IMG/VR virus record: IMGVR_UViG_3300017650_000018
Location: 1-39,662 of that record
Source of the DNA: a virus
Taxonomy: Duplodnaviria; Caudoviricetes
Reading direction: 5' to 3' (one strand)
DNA length: 39,662 bases
Part shown: positions 1 through 8,367 of the stretch, in pieces
Layout of the letters: each line of letters starts with the position of its first letter
How positions within the stretch are numbered: position 1 is the first letter of the stretch
Notes under the pieces: generated by a model
What the model saw: only the letters and a program-made list of their open reading frames with translations
What the model was told of the DNA's origin: nothing
The model's database searches: none
Translations under genes and position numbers: made by a program

Positions 1-29
1 CGGACAGGTTCCGGGCGTCTTCACACCGC

Positions 30-106
30 GCGGCAGTAGCTCAGCTGGATAGAGCACGGGCCTTCTAAGCCTGAGGTCGGGGGTTCGAGCCCCTCCTGCC
101 GCGCCA
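30..106 (+). tRNA. tRNA-Arg (anticodon TCT), integration target
   Basis: Cloverleaf: acceptor GCGGCAG/CTGCCGC, D-arm GCTC/GAGC, anticodon arm CGGGC-CTTCTAA-GCCTG, T-loop TTCGAGC, encoded CCA at 104-106. Confidence 0.96.
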
Positions 107-113
107 GAATGGC
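54..113 (+). repeat. attL direct repeat
   Basis: 58/60 identical to 39306-39365, with mismatches at 72 (T vs C) and 74 (A vs G). Confidence 0.95.
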
Positions 114-119
114 TAATGA

Positions 120-132
120 AATCAAGCTATTG
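120..132 (+). promoter_or_regulatory. IHF-binding site in att arm
   Basis: AATCAAGCTATTG matches the WATCAANNNNTTR consensus and lies just inside attL. Confidence 0.7.
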
Positions 133-180
133 CGTGGCATTGAAGTTCGTTAACTAGGCAATCATTAGAATAAAAAAGCC

Positions 181-191
181 TGCGTTAGAAC
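181..191 (+). promoter_or_regulatory. Putative integrase arm-type binding site
   Basis: TGCGTTAGAAC recurs at 39195-39205, and a 10-bp inverted copy is at 39252-39261, i.e. in both att arms. Confidence 0.65.
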
Positions 192-192
192 T

Positions 193-1341
193 TTACTCCG
201 TCGCCGAGGCCTTCTTCACGATCCGTCTGTCATAGTGTTTGTGCGTCGTCGCAGGGTTCGCATGCGCTGCGAAATCGTACGCGTCGTGGTCACGGTTTTG
301 GATTTTCGTCGTGATCGCAGCAGGGCGCACATCCTGCAAATTGAAGTACAGCGGATGCTCGGTCAGCTTCTTCTCCGTCACGGACTCATCGAAAGACCGG
401 ATCCAGGCCAGTTGCGCGTCCTTCCAGCTGGACGCCCAGCCATGCCGAGTGTACGAATCCGATCGCTTCGTGGGCGCGAATAGGTAAGGGCTGCTGGTGT
501 TCTTGCGATCCAGCGCTCGGGCCACCACCACGCGCAGCCGCAACGACCACTCGCGCACCTTCACGACTTCGATCTGGCCTTTCTTGCGCTTCGTGGACAG
601 TACCGTCACGCCTTCGTGCGTCAGGCCAGTCTTCAGGAATGGACGAGCCTCCGACGAGCGAAACCCGGTCAAATAGGTGAACATCGCTGCGCAGCCCATC
701 GTCCTGTAGTTCTCGCGCTGTTTCACGCACCAGAGGTAGAAGCGCAGGACCTGCCGACGATCAATGATCTTCGCTTCGGTCGTCGAACGATTCTTCATCA
801 TGTTAACGAAGGGATTCGCGGCCAAGAGACCCCAGCGTACGCCGAAGTGGCAGATGACGGAGAACTGGCTAAGCTCCTTGTTCGCTTTGATTGGGGCTCC
901 CGCGCCTGCCCGGTCCTCTAGGTATTGGTAGCCATGCTGAGCGGTCATTTCGGAGGGCACCATCCTGCCAAAGAACTTCGTCAGGTTGGTGTACATGCCC
1001 TTGCGAATCTTCTTGCCGTCCTTCGACTGGTCCTGATAGTACGTGGGGTCTTCCTTGAGTTCGAACCGCTCGATCATCTCGGACACCGCGCCGGCCACTA
1101 CGACGCCCTGCTGAATCTCCACTGCTAGCTTCGTCGCGAGGCGCTCGGCGTCATAGCGCGCAGATCGGTCCCCGAGGGCGCACGAGGCCAGCGTTTGGCT
1201 CCGTCCGTCCACATGCTTGTAGATCCAACTAATGCGCTGCTTGCCGACGCGTTTGTACAGTCTGGCCACGCCGGTCTTCTCCCACGCGGGTGAAGGCTTG
1301 GCGATTCGGGCCTGACGTGAGACCGGCTTTTTGCTGGCCAT
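193..1341 (-). CDS. int: Phage integrase (tyrosine recombinase)
   Basis: 382 aa with TGFRSSE (catalytic R), QDVR (degenerate HxxR) and AHANPATTHKHY (H/Y box); adjacent to attL. Confidence 0.93.
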   Translation of the reverse strand: MASKKPVSRQARIAKPSPAWEKTGVARLYKRVGKQRISWIYKHVDGRSQTLASCALGDRSARYDAERLATKLAVEIQQGVVVAGAVSEMIERFELKEDPTYYQDQSKDGKKIRKGMYTNLTKFFGRMVPSEMTAQHGYQYLEDRAGAGAPIKANKELSQFSVICHFGVRWGLLAANPFVNMMKNRSTTEAKIIDRRQVLRFYLWCVKQRENYRTMGCAAMFTYLTGFRSSEARPFLKTGLTHEGVTVLSTKRKKGQIEVVKVREWSLRLRVVVARALDRKNTSSPYLFAPTKRSDSYTRHGWASSWKDAQLAWIRSFDESVTEKKLTEHPLYFNLQDVRPAAITTKIQNRDHDAYDFAAHANPATTHKHYDRRIVKKASATE

Positions 1342-1513
1342 CTACTGCTCCCAGTTTCTTATCTCGATAAGCCCGCAACACTCGCGGGACGCCATTTTTG
1401 TCCACGACATAGCGCCAGCCGTGGCGATTGAGCCAGCGCGCCATCATCGCCCTCTGGTTTGGCTTGCACCCGACCAGTTCGGCCAGGTCAGACGCCGAGA
1501 GATATTCGTTCAT
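1229..1513 (-). CDS. Excisionase-like DUF4224 protein
   Basis: MNEYLSASDLAELVG...ARWLNRHGWRYVVDKNGVPRV pattern; GGAGG SD before ATG 1513; overlaps the int start. Confidence 0.8.
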   Translation of the reverse strand: MNEYLSASDLAELVGCKPNQRAMMARWLNRHGWRYVVDKNGVPRVLRAYRDKKLGAVDGQQKAGLTSGPNRQAFTRVGEDRRGQTVQTRRQAAH

Positions 1514-1584
1514 CTGATCCTCCAAAACTAAGCCCGCGCTTGGCGGGTTAAATCCACTAATGAGACATTGGCGCTTCAAATGCG

Positions 1585-2010
1585 TCATAAATGAGGCTTC
1601 TCCTTCAGCAGCGCCATCGAATCGGCGTAGGCCCGCATGGCGCGCTGCTCGTCGATCTGGTCGGCCCCGAGGGTGTCGGCGCACTCGCGGAGCTGGGCGG
1701 CCAGGCGCTCGATTGCTGCCGCAGCTTCCAGCATGATCGGGGATGGAAGACGCATTCCTTCTGGCGCTGGACCGCTGCAATCCCGCCATCCAAACTCAGG
1801 CTCGCCGTCGATCATCGGGCCCATCGCATACTTGCAGCGCAGTCGATGGACTAGGTCAACGGCTACAGGGGCGCTCAGCTTGGACAGCAGGGCGGATTCG
1901 ACGGCGCGGGCGAAGTCCTCGACGGCTTCGTTATCCAGACCGTGTTCAACCCAAATGGATCGGATCTCGTCAATCGTCAGCACTGGCTGCGGGGTGTTGT
2001 TCTTGTTCAT
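1585..2010 (-). CDS. Hypothetical phage protein
   Basis: 141-aa ORF with GGAGG SD, translationally coupled (ATGA) to the upstream gene. Confidence 0.75.
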   Translation of the reverse strand: MNKNNTPQPVLTIDEIRSIWVEHGLDNEAVEDFARAVESALLSKLSAPVAVDLVHRLRCKYAMGPMIDGEPEFGWRDCSGPAPEGMRLPSPIMLEAAAAIERLAAQLRECADTLGADQIDEQRAMRAYADSMALLKEKPHL

Positions 2011-2387
2011 GCGGCCTCCCTTTCGACGTCGCGATACATGCGATCAACGGTCTTCTGCCGGGCGTCCAGCTTCCGCGTGCGCGAAATGTGATCTTGCAGA
2101 GCCTTGTCGTATGGTTCGATCTCGCGCAGTAGACGAAGCCTTTCGTGGATGTCTTTGCTGGCATTGCATTGGATAGCCAAGGCATCCCGCTTTTTGAAAT
2201 CGGGCTTTTGCGCAGCCCAGCGGGCAAGCTCCGCGTCAAAGTCGGCCATCAGCTTCTCGCTAGCAGTCTTCCAGCGGATGTAAAGCAGGTCTCGGCGACT
2301 GATGCGCAGGAAGAACCCCTTTTCACGCACGAAGGCGATGATTTCTTCCTTCGTGAACTCGTTGAGGACATCGAGGCTGTTTGTCAT
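2007..2387 (-). CDS. Hypothetical phage protein (helical)
   Basis: 126-aa ORF with ATGA overlaps at both ends and a GGAGG SD. Confidence 0.8.
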   Translation of the reverse strand: MTNSLDVLNEFTKEEIIAFVREKGFFLRISRRDLLYIRWKTASEKLMADFDAELARWAAQKPDFKKRDALAIQCNASKDIHERLRLLREIEPYDKALQDHISRTRKLDARQKTVDRMYRDVEREAA

Positions 2388-2938
2388 GCCTCCCCCCCTT
2401 TGCTCTGCGGGATCTGGGAGGCGAGAGCGGCGACGAATTCCGGCTCGGCCAGCAGCCCGCGAACGGCGTCAAGAATCATGTAGCGTTCGACATCGGTCGG
2501 GTTGTAGATGCCGTCCCTGCCTTCCTCGTCCTCGCCGCACATTTCGTACTCGGCAACGTAGTCCTGCACGATTTGCTCAGCGCGCGCGAAATCCGGCTTC
2601 TGCGCATCGCCGCCGGCGGTGGCGTGGGCACGGCGTTCGGCCGATTCCTTCCTGAGCTTTTCTTCCCAGCACGAGGGGCAGAGCGTGTCCCAGGCCATGC
2701 CGGAGAATGCGCCGCGGCACGTTGCGCACTTTTGGCCGAAGGCGGAGGGTGGGGTTTCGTGCAGGCCCAAAGCGGCGCCCAACAGGCTGCGAACGGGCGC
2801 ATCTGCTGCGTCGAGGGCGTCTCGATGCCGCTGGCGATCTTCCGGCGTCATCTTGGCGACGATGTCGTGGAGGAAGCGGGTGGAAAGCGAGGCCAGGTCA
2901 ACGTCGTCCAGGCCGCGAAGGTTCTCGGGGGCGCTCAT
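2384..2938 (-). CDS. Hypothetical protein with CxxC...CxxC zinc-ribbon motif
   Basis: 184 aa containing CATC...CPSC; coupled to its neighbours. Confidence 0.75.
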   Translation of the reverse strand: MSAPENLRGLDDVDLASLSTRFLHDIVAKMTPEDRQRHRDALDAADAPVRSLLGAALGLHETPPSAFGQKCATCRGAFSGMAWDTLCPSCWEEKLRKESAERRAHATAGGDAQKPDFARAEQIVQDYVAEYEMCGEDEEGRDGIYNPTDVERYMILDAVRGLLAEPEFVAALASQIPQSKGGEA

Positions 2939-3888
2939 GCGTTGGCATCCTGTGATGTGGGGATTTCGGCCTGGCCCGCAGCCGCTGCGGCTTCGGCCTG
3001 GCGGCGCTGCTTCTCGGCCTGCTTGGCGCGGGCCGTTTGGACGGCGCCGTGAGCCTGGAACAGATCCAGGAGGGCGGCGGCCGGGACGGTGATCGTTTCG
3101 GCGGCTACGCGGCCTTCCTGGATGTCCAAGAGGGTCGCGCGCTGGTTGGCGTCTAGTCCCAGCATGAACGTGTCCACGCCGCTGATGAGCGGGGACACGA
3201 CCTTGCGGGGCAGGGCCCGGCCGTGGATGGTGCTGGCGGTGACCTTGGATTTGCCTGCGGCCTTGGCCTGGACCACCTTGCCGCTCAGGAACTGACCCGC
3301 CTGGGCGCCATACAGGCGAACCGCATCTATTGCCACCTCGGCAGAAACTGCGCCGCTGCGCACCAGCGTTTGCACGTCTGGTTCGGCGTCGGCCAGAACG
3401 AGGTAGTTTTCAATATGAGGCCGGCTGCGGTGGACCAGGGCGGCGATTTCTTCCGTACCCAATCCCATGCCGCGGAACCGCTTAAAGCCGCGAGCGGCCT
3501 CCAGAGGGCGCAGCTTCACGCCCTCATTGCTGGTGTAGATGCGCGCACGGCGTTCTATCTCGTTGCCCTGGAACCCGACGACGGCAACCCACTCGATAGG
3601 GGCGCCGCGCTGGATCGCCCGTCCGATGGCGTCATAGCGACGATGACCGTCCACCACCTCTACACCGGAACCGTCCGGTAGGGCGATGACTTCGAGCGCG
3701 GGAAATGTGCCTCCGGCCAGAATGTAGGAGGCCAGGGCTTCGATACCGGTTTCGTATTCCTCATCCAGGTCGCGGAGGTTGAAACCCTCTTTCATGCGGA
3801 TATCGGAATAGCGGACTTTCATTGCGTCGGCGCGCTTGATCGTGCCGTCCTTGATCATCGTCTTAAACGATGCGGGGGGATGGGTCAT
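2935..3888 (-). CDS. ParB/Srx N-terminal-domain phage protein
   Basis: GFNLR...LASYI...VVDGHRRYDA ParB-like motif followed by an HTH (EEIAALVHRSRPHIENYL). Confidence 0.85.
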   Translation of the reverse strand: MTHPPASFKTMIKDGTIKRADAMKVRYSDIRMKEGFNLRDLDEEYETGIEALASYILAGGTFPALEVIALPDGSGVEVVDGHRRYDAIGRAIQRGAPIEWVAVVGFQGNEIERRARIYTSNEGVKLRPLEAARGFKRFRGMGLGTEEIAALVHRSRPHIENYLVLADAEPDVQTLVRSGAVSAEVAIDAVRLYGAQAGQFLSGKVVQAKAAGKSKVTASTIHGRALPRKVVSPLISGVDTFMLGLDANQRATLLDIQEGRVAAETITVPAAALLDLFQAHGAVQTARAKQAEKQRRQAEAAAAAGQAEIPTSQDANA

Positions 3889-3976
3889 ACTGTCGCTCCA
3901 GGGGGCTGGGTTAGGATTGATGGCCTCCGATGACGGGCAAACCGCCAGCGCCGGAAGATCAAGGACGGATTTGAAA

Positions 3977-4255
3977 ATGACAAAAGCTGAACAATTCTTG
4001 TGGTGTGTTCAAACGGCGATCCTGAGTAACCAGGTTGCCCTGGCTCGCCAATTCGAAACGCGCGACGTCACCGGGCAACAGTCCTTCACCGCGCTTGATC
4101 GCACGATGGCTTTAGCGCTCATCGCGGCTGCCACCATCCCCGAGGAGATGGCCGTCCGCGACGCCGTCAGCGACTTTTGCCGATTGCACATCGAGCGTTG
4201 GTGGTATTCCGACTACGAGGCCTCGGATTGGGCACGCTCATTGCCAGCGATCTAG
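3977..4255 (+). CDS. Antisense moron, hypothetical 92 aa
   Basis: AAGGA SD before ATG 3977 and candidate -10 TAGGAT at 3912-3917; fills the gap between the parB-like gene and rdgC on the opposite strand. Confidence 0.7.
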   Translation: MTKAEQFLWCVQTAILSNQVALARQFETRDVTGQQSFTALDRTMALALIAAATIPEEMAVRDAVSDFCRLHIERWWYSDYEASDWARSLPAI

Positions 4256-5148
4256 AGACGCTTTTCGCCGCCCAGTGCTTCGACCAGCTCGGCTAGCATC
4301 TTGGCAAGTTCGCCCGTCATAAGAGCCATGTCCGAATCGAACTTCTCGTCATCGTTCTGCGAGTAGTCCGCACCTTCCTTCAGCACATCCAGCGGCGACA
4401 CACGGCGGATATCGAGGCCATCGGTCAGCACGAACGACACGCGGTCTGCCCAGGTCATGGCGAGGCGGGTGCATTGCTTGCCGGACTGGATGTGGCGGCG
4501 CACGTCGTCGGCGTCGATGGAGTGCTTCACGTATCGGATCGCGGCGCCGCTTGCGCCCGAGGAGCGCAGCTCGGTGTCTTGGTCGATGGTGAAGTTGTTG
4601 GGCGCTTCGTCTTCGGCCAGCCAGCCGGTCATTGCGGAGGCGGGCGACTGGGCGACGGACAGGTTTTCCAGGGGCAAGGGATCGACCGTTTTTGCCAGCA
4701 TCCCGATCACTTCATCCGCCTTGGCCGATGAGGCTGTGTCGATCACAAGCCAGCGGTTCACCGGGTCGATCCAGACGCGGGTGTCGCGGTAGATGCTGAA
4801 GGCGCGCGGCAGCAGCTCGTCCGTGACGCGTTCCTTGATTTCCTTCATCTGCTTTCGGCCGGGTTTGTAGCCTTGCTGCTCTTCGATTTCCTCGGCCCGT
4901 GCTTTGGCGACCTGGTTGATCACGGTGGCGGGCAGCAGCTTCTTTTCCGCGCGCAGGGAGAGCAGGAATCGACCGGCCACGGGGTGGGCAAGTTCGCCGC
5001 CTTCACGGAGCGCGATCCAGCCGAGGGACTGCATTTCGAGGTTGTTGCGAGACTGGAACGCGTGGAGCTTCAGGCCCGCCTGCAGCTTGTCGGAGTAATC
5101 GGACAGCGGGGCGGAAAGGCGGTAGATCTTGAGGTTTCTGAACCACAT
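4252..5148 (-). CDS. rdgC: Recombination-associated protein RdgC
   Basis: [12 protein letters not shown]-terminus, [18 protein letters not shown] and the C-terminal [12 protein letters not shown]...ALGGE are characteristic of RdgC. Confidence 0.95.
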   Translation of the reverse strand: MWFRNLKIYRLSAPLSDYSDKLQAGLKLHAFQSRNNLEMQSLGWIALREGGELAHPVAGRFLLSLRAEKKLLPATVINQVAKARAEEIEEQQGYKPGRKQMKEIKERVTDELLPRAFSIYRDTRVWIDPVNRWLVIDTASSAKADEVIGMLAKTVDPLPLENLSVAQSPASAMTGWLAEDEAPNNFTIDQDTELRSSGASGAAIRYVKHSIDADDVRRHIQSGKQCTRLAMTWADRVSFVLTDGLDIRRVSPLDVLKEGADYSQNDDEKFDSDMALMTGELAKMLAELVEALGGEKRL

Positions 5149-5154
5149 GGGTGA

Positions 5155-5454
5155 TTAGCTCCTTGGCTGGGTTTGAGGCGTGGCGGGCGTCCGGGCTTTC
5201 TTTTTCGGAGGGCCAGGCCGCTTGCCGGTGTGAGTGCGGCGCTTCCAGATATTTCGGATGGCCTGAGTGCTAACGCCGAAGCATTCCGCCAAGTCGTTAC
5301 TGGGTAGCGAGCCCTGGGCCGAGCGGATGAAAGCGGCCTCCCGACGAGAGATCGGCTTTGGCGGAGGGTCTTCCCAGTTAAGACGGCTCGTCGGGGGCGC
5401 GATTTGCGGCGTCCAGCCGCTGCTGTCCCGCACGATGAACTGGATTCCGTTCAT
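5155..5454 (-). CDS. Small HTH DNA-binding protein
   Basis: 99 aa from ATG 5454; SNDLAECFGVSTQAIRNIW HTH; coupled to the upstream ORF. Confidence 0.7.
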   Translation of the reverse strand: MNGIQFIVRDSSGWTPQIAPPTSRLNWEDPPPKPISRREAAFIRSAQGSLPSNDLAECFGVSTQAIRNIWKRRTHTGKRPGPPKKKARTPATPQTQPRS

Positions 5455-5684
5455 AGAAGTTCCCGCAGCAGCCAGCCCATGAACTGCGGGCCGAAGAGGA
5501 TGAATGCGGCGAAGGCGAGGCCACCGGGCCATGCCCACCACGGGATATCCGCATCCTTGCTCCAGTTGCCATCCCCTGCGTGGTCGCGGGGCGCGATGAG
5601 GTCGCCCAGCTTGCGGGCTGCCCGTGTGATGATGAAGGGTTGACGGTGGCGCACCGAGGGCGCGCTTGCGCTGATGGTGTTCAT
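5451..5684 (-). CDS. Small membrane protein
   Basis: 77 aa with a C-terminal hydrophobic segment; ATGA-coupled at both ends. Confidence 0.7.
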   Translation of the reverse strand: MNTISASAPSVRHRQPFIITRAARKLGDLIAPRDHAGDGNWSKDADIPWWAWPGGLAFAAFILFGPQFMGWLLRELL

Positions 5685-5809
5685 GTCGGGTTCCAGGGAT
5701 CTGCCGCGGCGTGGCGGCGTGCAAAATAATCACCGAGTGGGGCCAGCACCAAACACGCGAAAGCGCAAAGGGCCAGACCCCAACCGAGTGCGGAGATGGA
5801 TTGAGGCAT
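5681..5809 (-). CDS. Small hydrophobic protein (42 aa, not in ORF track)
   Basis: MPQSISALGWGLALCAFACLVLAPLGDYFARRHAAADPWNPT*; the stop overlaps the ATG of 5684. No clear SD. Confidence 0.45.
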   Translation of the reverse strand: MPQSISALGWGLALCAFACLVLAPLGDYFARRHAAADPWNPT

Positions 5810-5869
5810 GCTGACTGGACGGGAGGGTTAGGCTACGATGCGCCCCATGCGGAGAGATGGGGGGCAGGG

Positions 5870-6637
5870 ATGAAACTGCGACAGCTCAGGTGGTATGAAG
5901 CCATCGCGATGGTGCTGTTGGGGACGGCTGTCGGCGCGACCTGTGTCGCTCAGATTCTCGACTGGCCCAAATGGCTGGCAGATGTTTCGGGTCAAACCTG
6001 GGCGGCTTGGTTACAGGCGTTCGGTGCCGTCGCGGCGATCTGGACCGGTTTTGCGCTGGCGAGGAGACAGTACGCCGTTGGCCTTCGCTTGCAGCGAAGC
6101 CAGGAACGGCGTGAAGAGTCCCGGCGGGATCAGGCTGAAAGGCAAGAGGTTTCTCGAATTCTGATGGCAATCGAAGACGAGATAGACATACGGGTTGAAC
6201 AGTTTTTACGTGTGATCGGCGATGAATTGGACGAATGCGAACAGCAAGGAACGGGGTTTTTCGCCGTTTATAACCTCATGCCTTTAGAGCCTTTTCCCGT
6301 CTACCGCAGCTTGGTTGGCCGCCTCCCGCTGGTACGTAGCCAAGACCTTCGGCAGCGGATAGTTCGCACTTACGCTCAAATGGAAGGACTCGTACTGACG
6401 GTCCAGACCAACTCTGAGTTAGCGAGGACGTACCTAGATGCCGCTGCCGAAGTAAGTGCGGGAGCGGTTATCGACCGAAGTGAACGCCTGAAAATTGCCG
6501 AGGGTAAGCTGCGCGGCTATTTCTCCACGCTCGTGGATACTCGGAAAGAAGTTATCGCTCAGGCAACCTCCCTTGTTGACTCTATCCGTTTGTCCGACGA
6601 AAGAAGTGGAACATCCAATTCGCGCCGCATCGATTGA
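5870..6637 (+). CDS. Antisense moron, membrane-anchored protein (255 aa)
   Basis: Two N-terminal hydrophobic segments, a charged coiled coil and a helical C-domain; orientation opposite to the early-left operon. Confidence 0.8.
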   Translation: MKLRQLRWYEAIAMVLLGTAVGATCVAQILDWPKWLADVSGQTWAAWLQAFGAVAAIWTGFALARRQYAVGLRLQRSQERREESRRDQAERQEVSRILMAIEDEIDIRVEQFLRVIGDELDECEQQGTGFFAVYNLMPLEPFPVYRSLVGRLPLVRSQDLRQRIVRTYAQMEGLVLTVQTNSELARTYLDAAAEVSAGAVIDRSERLKIAEGKLRGYFSTLVDTRKEVIAQATSLVDSIRLSDERSGTSNSRRID

Positions 6638-6665
6638 CGAGACTCGCGGTTCTCGCCGCGGCGGA

Positions 6666-6740
6666 TTACTTGCTGATGGTGCTGCCGAAGTTAAAAACGT
6701 CGATCAGTTCTTCAATGAAGCGTACGAGTGCTTCGAGCAT
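6666..6740 (-). CDS. 24-aa amphipathic peptide (not in ORF track)
   Basis: MLEALVRFIEELIDVFNFGSTISK* with AAAGGA SD 6 nt upstream. Confidence 0.55.
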   Translation of the reverse strand: MLEALVRFIEELIDVFNFGSTISK

Positions 6741-6832
6741 GCGGGGTCCTTTGGGAGTTGCCGGGCACGCGACATCCCTGCCCAGGTTGGTTGATGTAAC
6801 ATAATGCGTCCAAAGCCAAAAAAGTGACGAGA

Positions 6833-7198
6833 ATGAACGCGGGTCAGAAGTTTGGTTTTTTTGTAATGGGCGTTGCGATATTGCTCTCCCTTGGCTTGTG
6901 CGTGGCTGTGGGGTGGATGTTCGATCACCCCATATCGTGGGCAGAGTTCACGCTGGCAAGCTGCTCTGCCTGGCAGGAGAATCAGTCCGTTTGGTGTGGT
7001 CTAGCCTCGTATAGCAATGGCGGCTCAGCAAGGGTGGCAATACCATTGACCTATCTGCTGTGGGTTTGCGCTGGGATCTTCTTTTATGGCCTTTGCACGT
7101 ATAAATCTGTGATCTCGTACGAAAGTCAGCGTGCCTTTATTGGCCGAATTGTTCATCGCACAAAGAACATGCCAAAACCGCCTCGGCGTGAAGCCTAG
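6833..7198 (+). CDS. Antisense moron, two-TM membrane protein
   Basis: 121 aa, two hydrophobic helices flanking a Cys-containing loop; AT-richer than the flanks; CATAAT -10-like box upstream. Confidence 0.7.
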   Translation: MNAGQKFGFFVMGVAILLSLGLCVAVGWMFDHPISWAEFTLASCSAWQENQSVWCGLASYSNGGSARVAIPLTYLLWVCAGIFFYGLCTYKSVISYESQRAFIGRIVHRTKNMPKPPRREA

Positions 7199-7325
7199 TC
7201 CGTATCGAGGGGCCGCCGATACCCCGCACGCGGGGCATGAGCCGGGGCCGTCATGCAACTTCAATGCCGCTACATGGCGCGTCCGTTAACATTCGGGCAG
7301 CATCAACCATCAGAAGGGAATCAAC

Positions 7326-7571
7326 ATGCTGCGCGAATTGGGTTGGTCCTTCTACGGCAGTCTTGCGCTCATTTGCGGTGTTGCTACTGCTTGGTTGCAC
7401 TGGTGGGTGGTGATGCACCAGGGACTTTGGCCGTACATCATCTTTGAATTGATCCCCGGGCTTCCCGGGGTGGCTTCCGGCGTCTATGCCATACACCGAG
7501 ATGGCAGCAAGGTGGCGTGGGCCGGTGTGCTGCTGTCGTTGTCGCCGCTGGTGACTTGGCTCAGCATCTGA
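7326..7571 (+). CDS. Antisense moron, small polytopic membrane protein
   Basis: 81 aa, about 3 hydrophobic segments, AAGGGA SD. Confidence 0.7.
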   Translation: MLRELGWSFYGSLALICGVATAWLHWWVVMHQGLWPYIIFELIPGLPGVASGVYAIHRDGSKVAWAGVLLSLSPLVTWLSI

Positions 7572-7608
7572 CAGGCGTCTTGTTGGACATCTCCTCATTG
7601 CTGGAGTA

Positions 7609-7875
7609 TCAGGCTGCCACCTGTTCGGCTTTCGCAGGCTTGCCGCAGAAAGGGCAGAATGAAAAGTGCATATCGAGCTGCCCACCGCGTTCGCTTCGGT
7701 AGCCTCTGGCGTCGGCCTTGATATAGACGGGCGTATACATCGCCACGCGCAACCCACTTTCCTCCAGAACGAAGGCGGTGTTGCCCATTTTCACGTTCTG
7801 GATTGGCGCGTTGATCTTGGGTTGCACGAACTCCTTGACCTGGTCCTCCGTGCGCTTGATGCAATCGCATTGCAT
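7609..7875 (-). CDS. First PL-operon gene, putative Zn-binding protein (88 aa)
   Basis: MQCDC...FCPFCG; GAGG SD before ATG 7875. Confidence 0.8.
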   Translation of the reverse strand: MQCDCIKRTEDQVKEFVQPKINAPIQNVKMGNTAFVLEESGLRVAMYTPVYIKADARGYRSERGGQLDMHFSFCPFCGKPAKAEQVAA

Positions 7876-8093
7876 TGTGATTTCCTCTCGGGTTGGCTTC
7901 GGTAAGCGCTGACTCGCAGCGCTGGCCGAAACCCGCTTTTCGGCGGATCGGAAAAGGCCGGGGTTATCGTCGCCACGCCCGGCTGGGCGTTGCTTGGGCG
8001 CGGTGGCCCAAGCACACAGGGTCCGGGGGGCGCTCGCGCCTGATCGGTTTTCCTGTTTCGCCCGTCCTCCCTTGCGGGGGCGGGCGGCCTCGA

Positions 8094-8106
8094 TTGTTAA
8101 AGAGCG
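8094..8106 (-). promoter_or_regulatory. boxA antitermination element
   Basis: Minus strand reads CGCTCTTTAACAA just downstream of PL, matching consensus boxA. Confidence 0.8.
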
Positions 8107-8122
8107 GTGCTGCGTTGAAAGA

Positions 8123-8151
8123 ATGGTAGCAATCGCTACGCTTGGAGGCAA
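8123..8151 (-). promoter_or_regulatory. PL early leftward promoter
   Basis: TTGCCT-17 bp-TACCAT on the minus strand, overlapped by operators. Confidence 0.8.
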
Positions 8152-8164
8152 TAGCAAATGCTAC
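8126..8164. promoter_or_regulatory. OL operators (two 14-bp palindromes)
   Basis: GTAGCAATCGCTAC (8126-8139) and ATAGCAAATGCTAC (8151-8164); same GTAGC-N4-GCTAC consensus as OR. Confidence 0.85.
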
Positions 8165-8184
8165 GCTTTTTTGTAACGGGCGAT

Positions 8185-8206
8185 AAAAAGCCCGCGCGAG
8201 GGGGGC
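8185..8206 (-). terminator. Weak intrinsic terminator downstream of the Ibs-like ORF
   Basis: Minus strand shows a short GCCC/GGGC stem followed by TTTTT. Confidence 0.5.
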
Positions 8207-8221
8207 GGTTGATGGGAAGGC

Positions 8222-8287
8222 TTAGTAGGCTGGTGTGGCCCAGAGGGCCAATAGCACCACCAAGAGCGTGATCAAAATGCGAATCAT
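8222..8287 (-). CDS. 21-aa hydrophobic peptide resembling Ibs type I toxins
   Basis: MIRILITLLVVLLALWATPAY* with AGGAG SD; pattern matches Ibs peptides (M-x-basic, hydrophobic core, C-terminal AY). Confidence 0.7.
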   Translation of the reverse strand: MIRILITLLVVLLALWATPAY

Positions 8288-8367
8288 GGACTGCTCCTGT
8301 GCCTAGGTTTTTGGGTTACCTAGTACTGGATAGACATGATCAGTTCGGGCTACTCGAGGGCCCAATG

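Noticed and set aside
8326-8343. LexA-like dyad CTGGATAGACATGATCAG upstream of the Ibs-like ORF
   Set aside because: The spacer is 12 nt, not the required 10, so it is not called as an SOS box.
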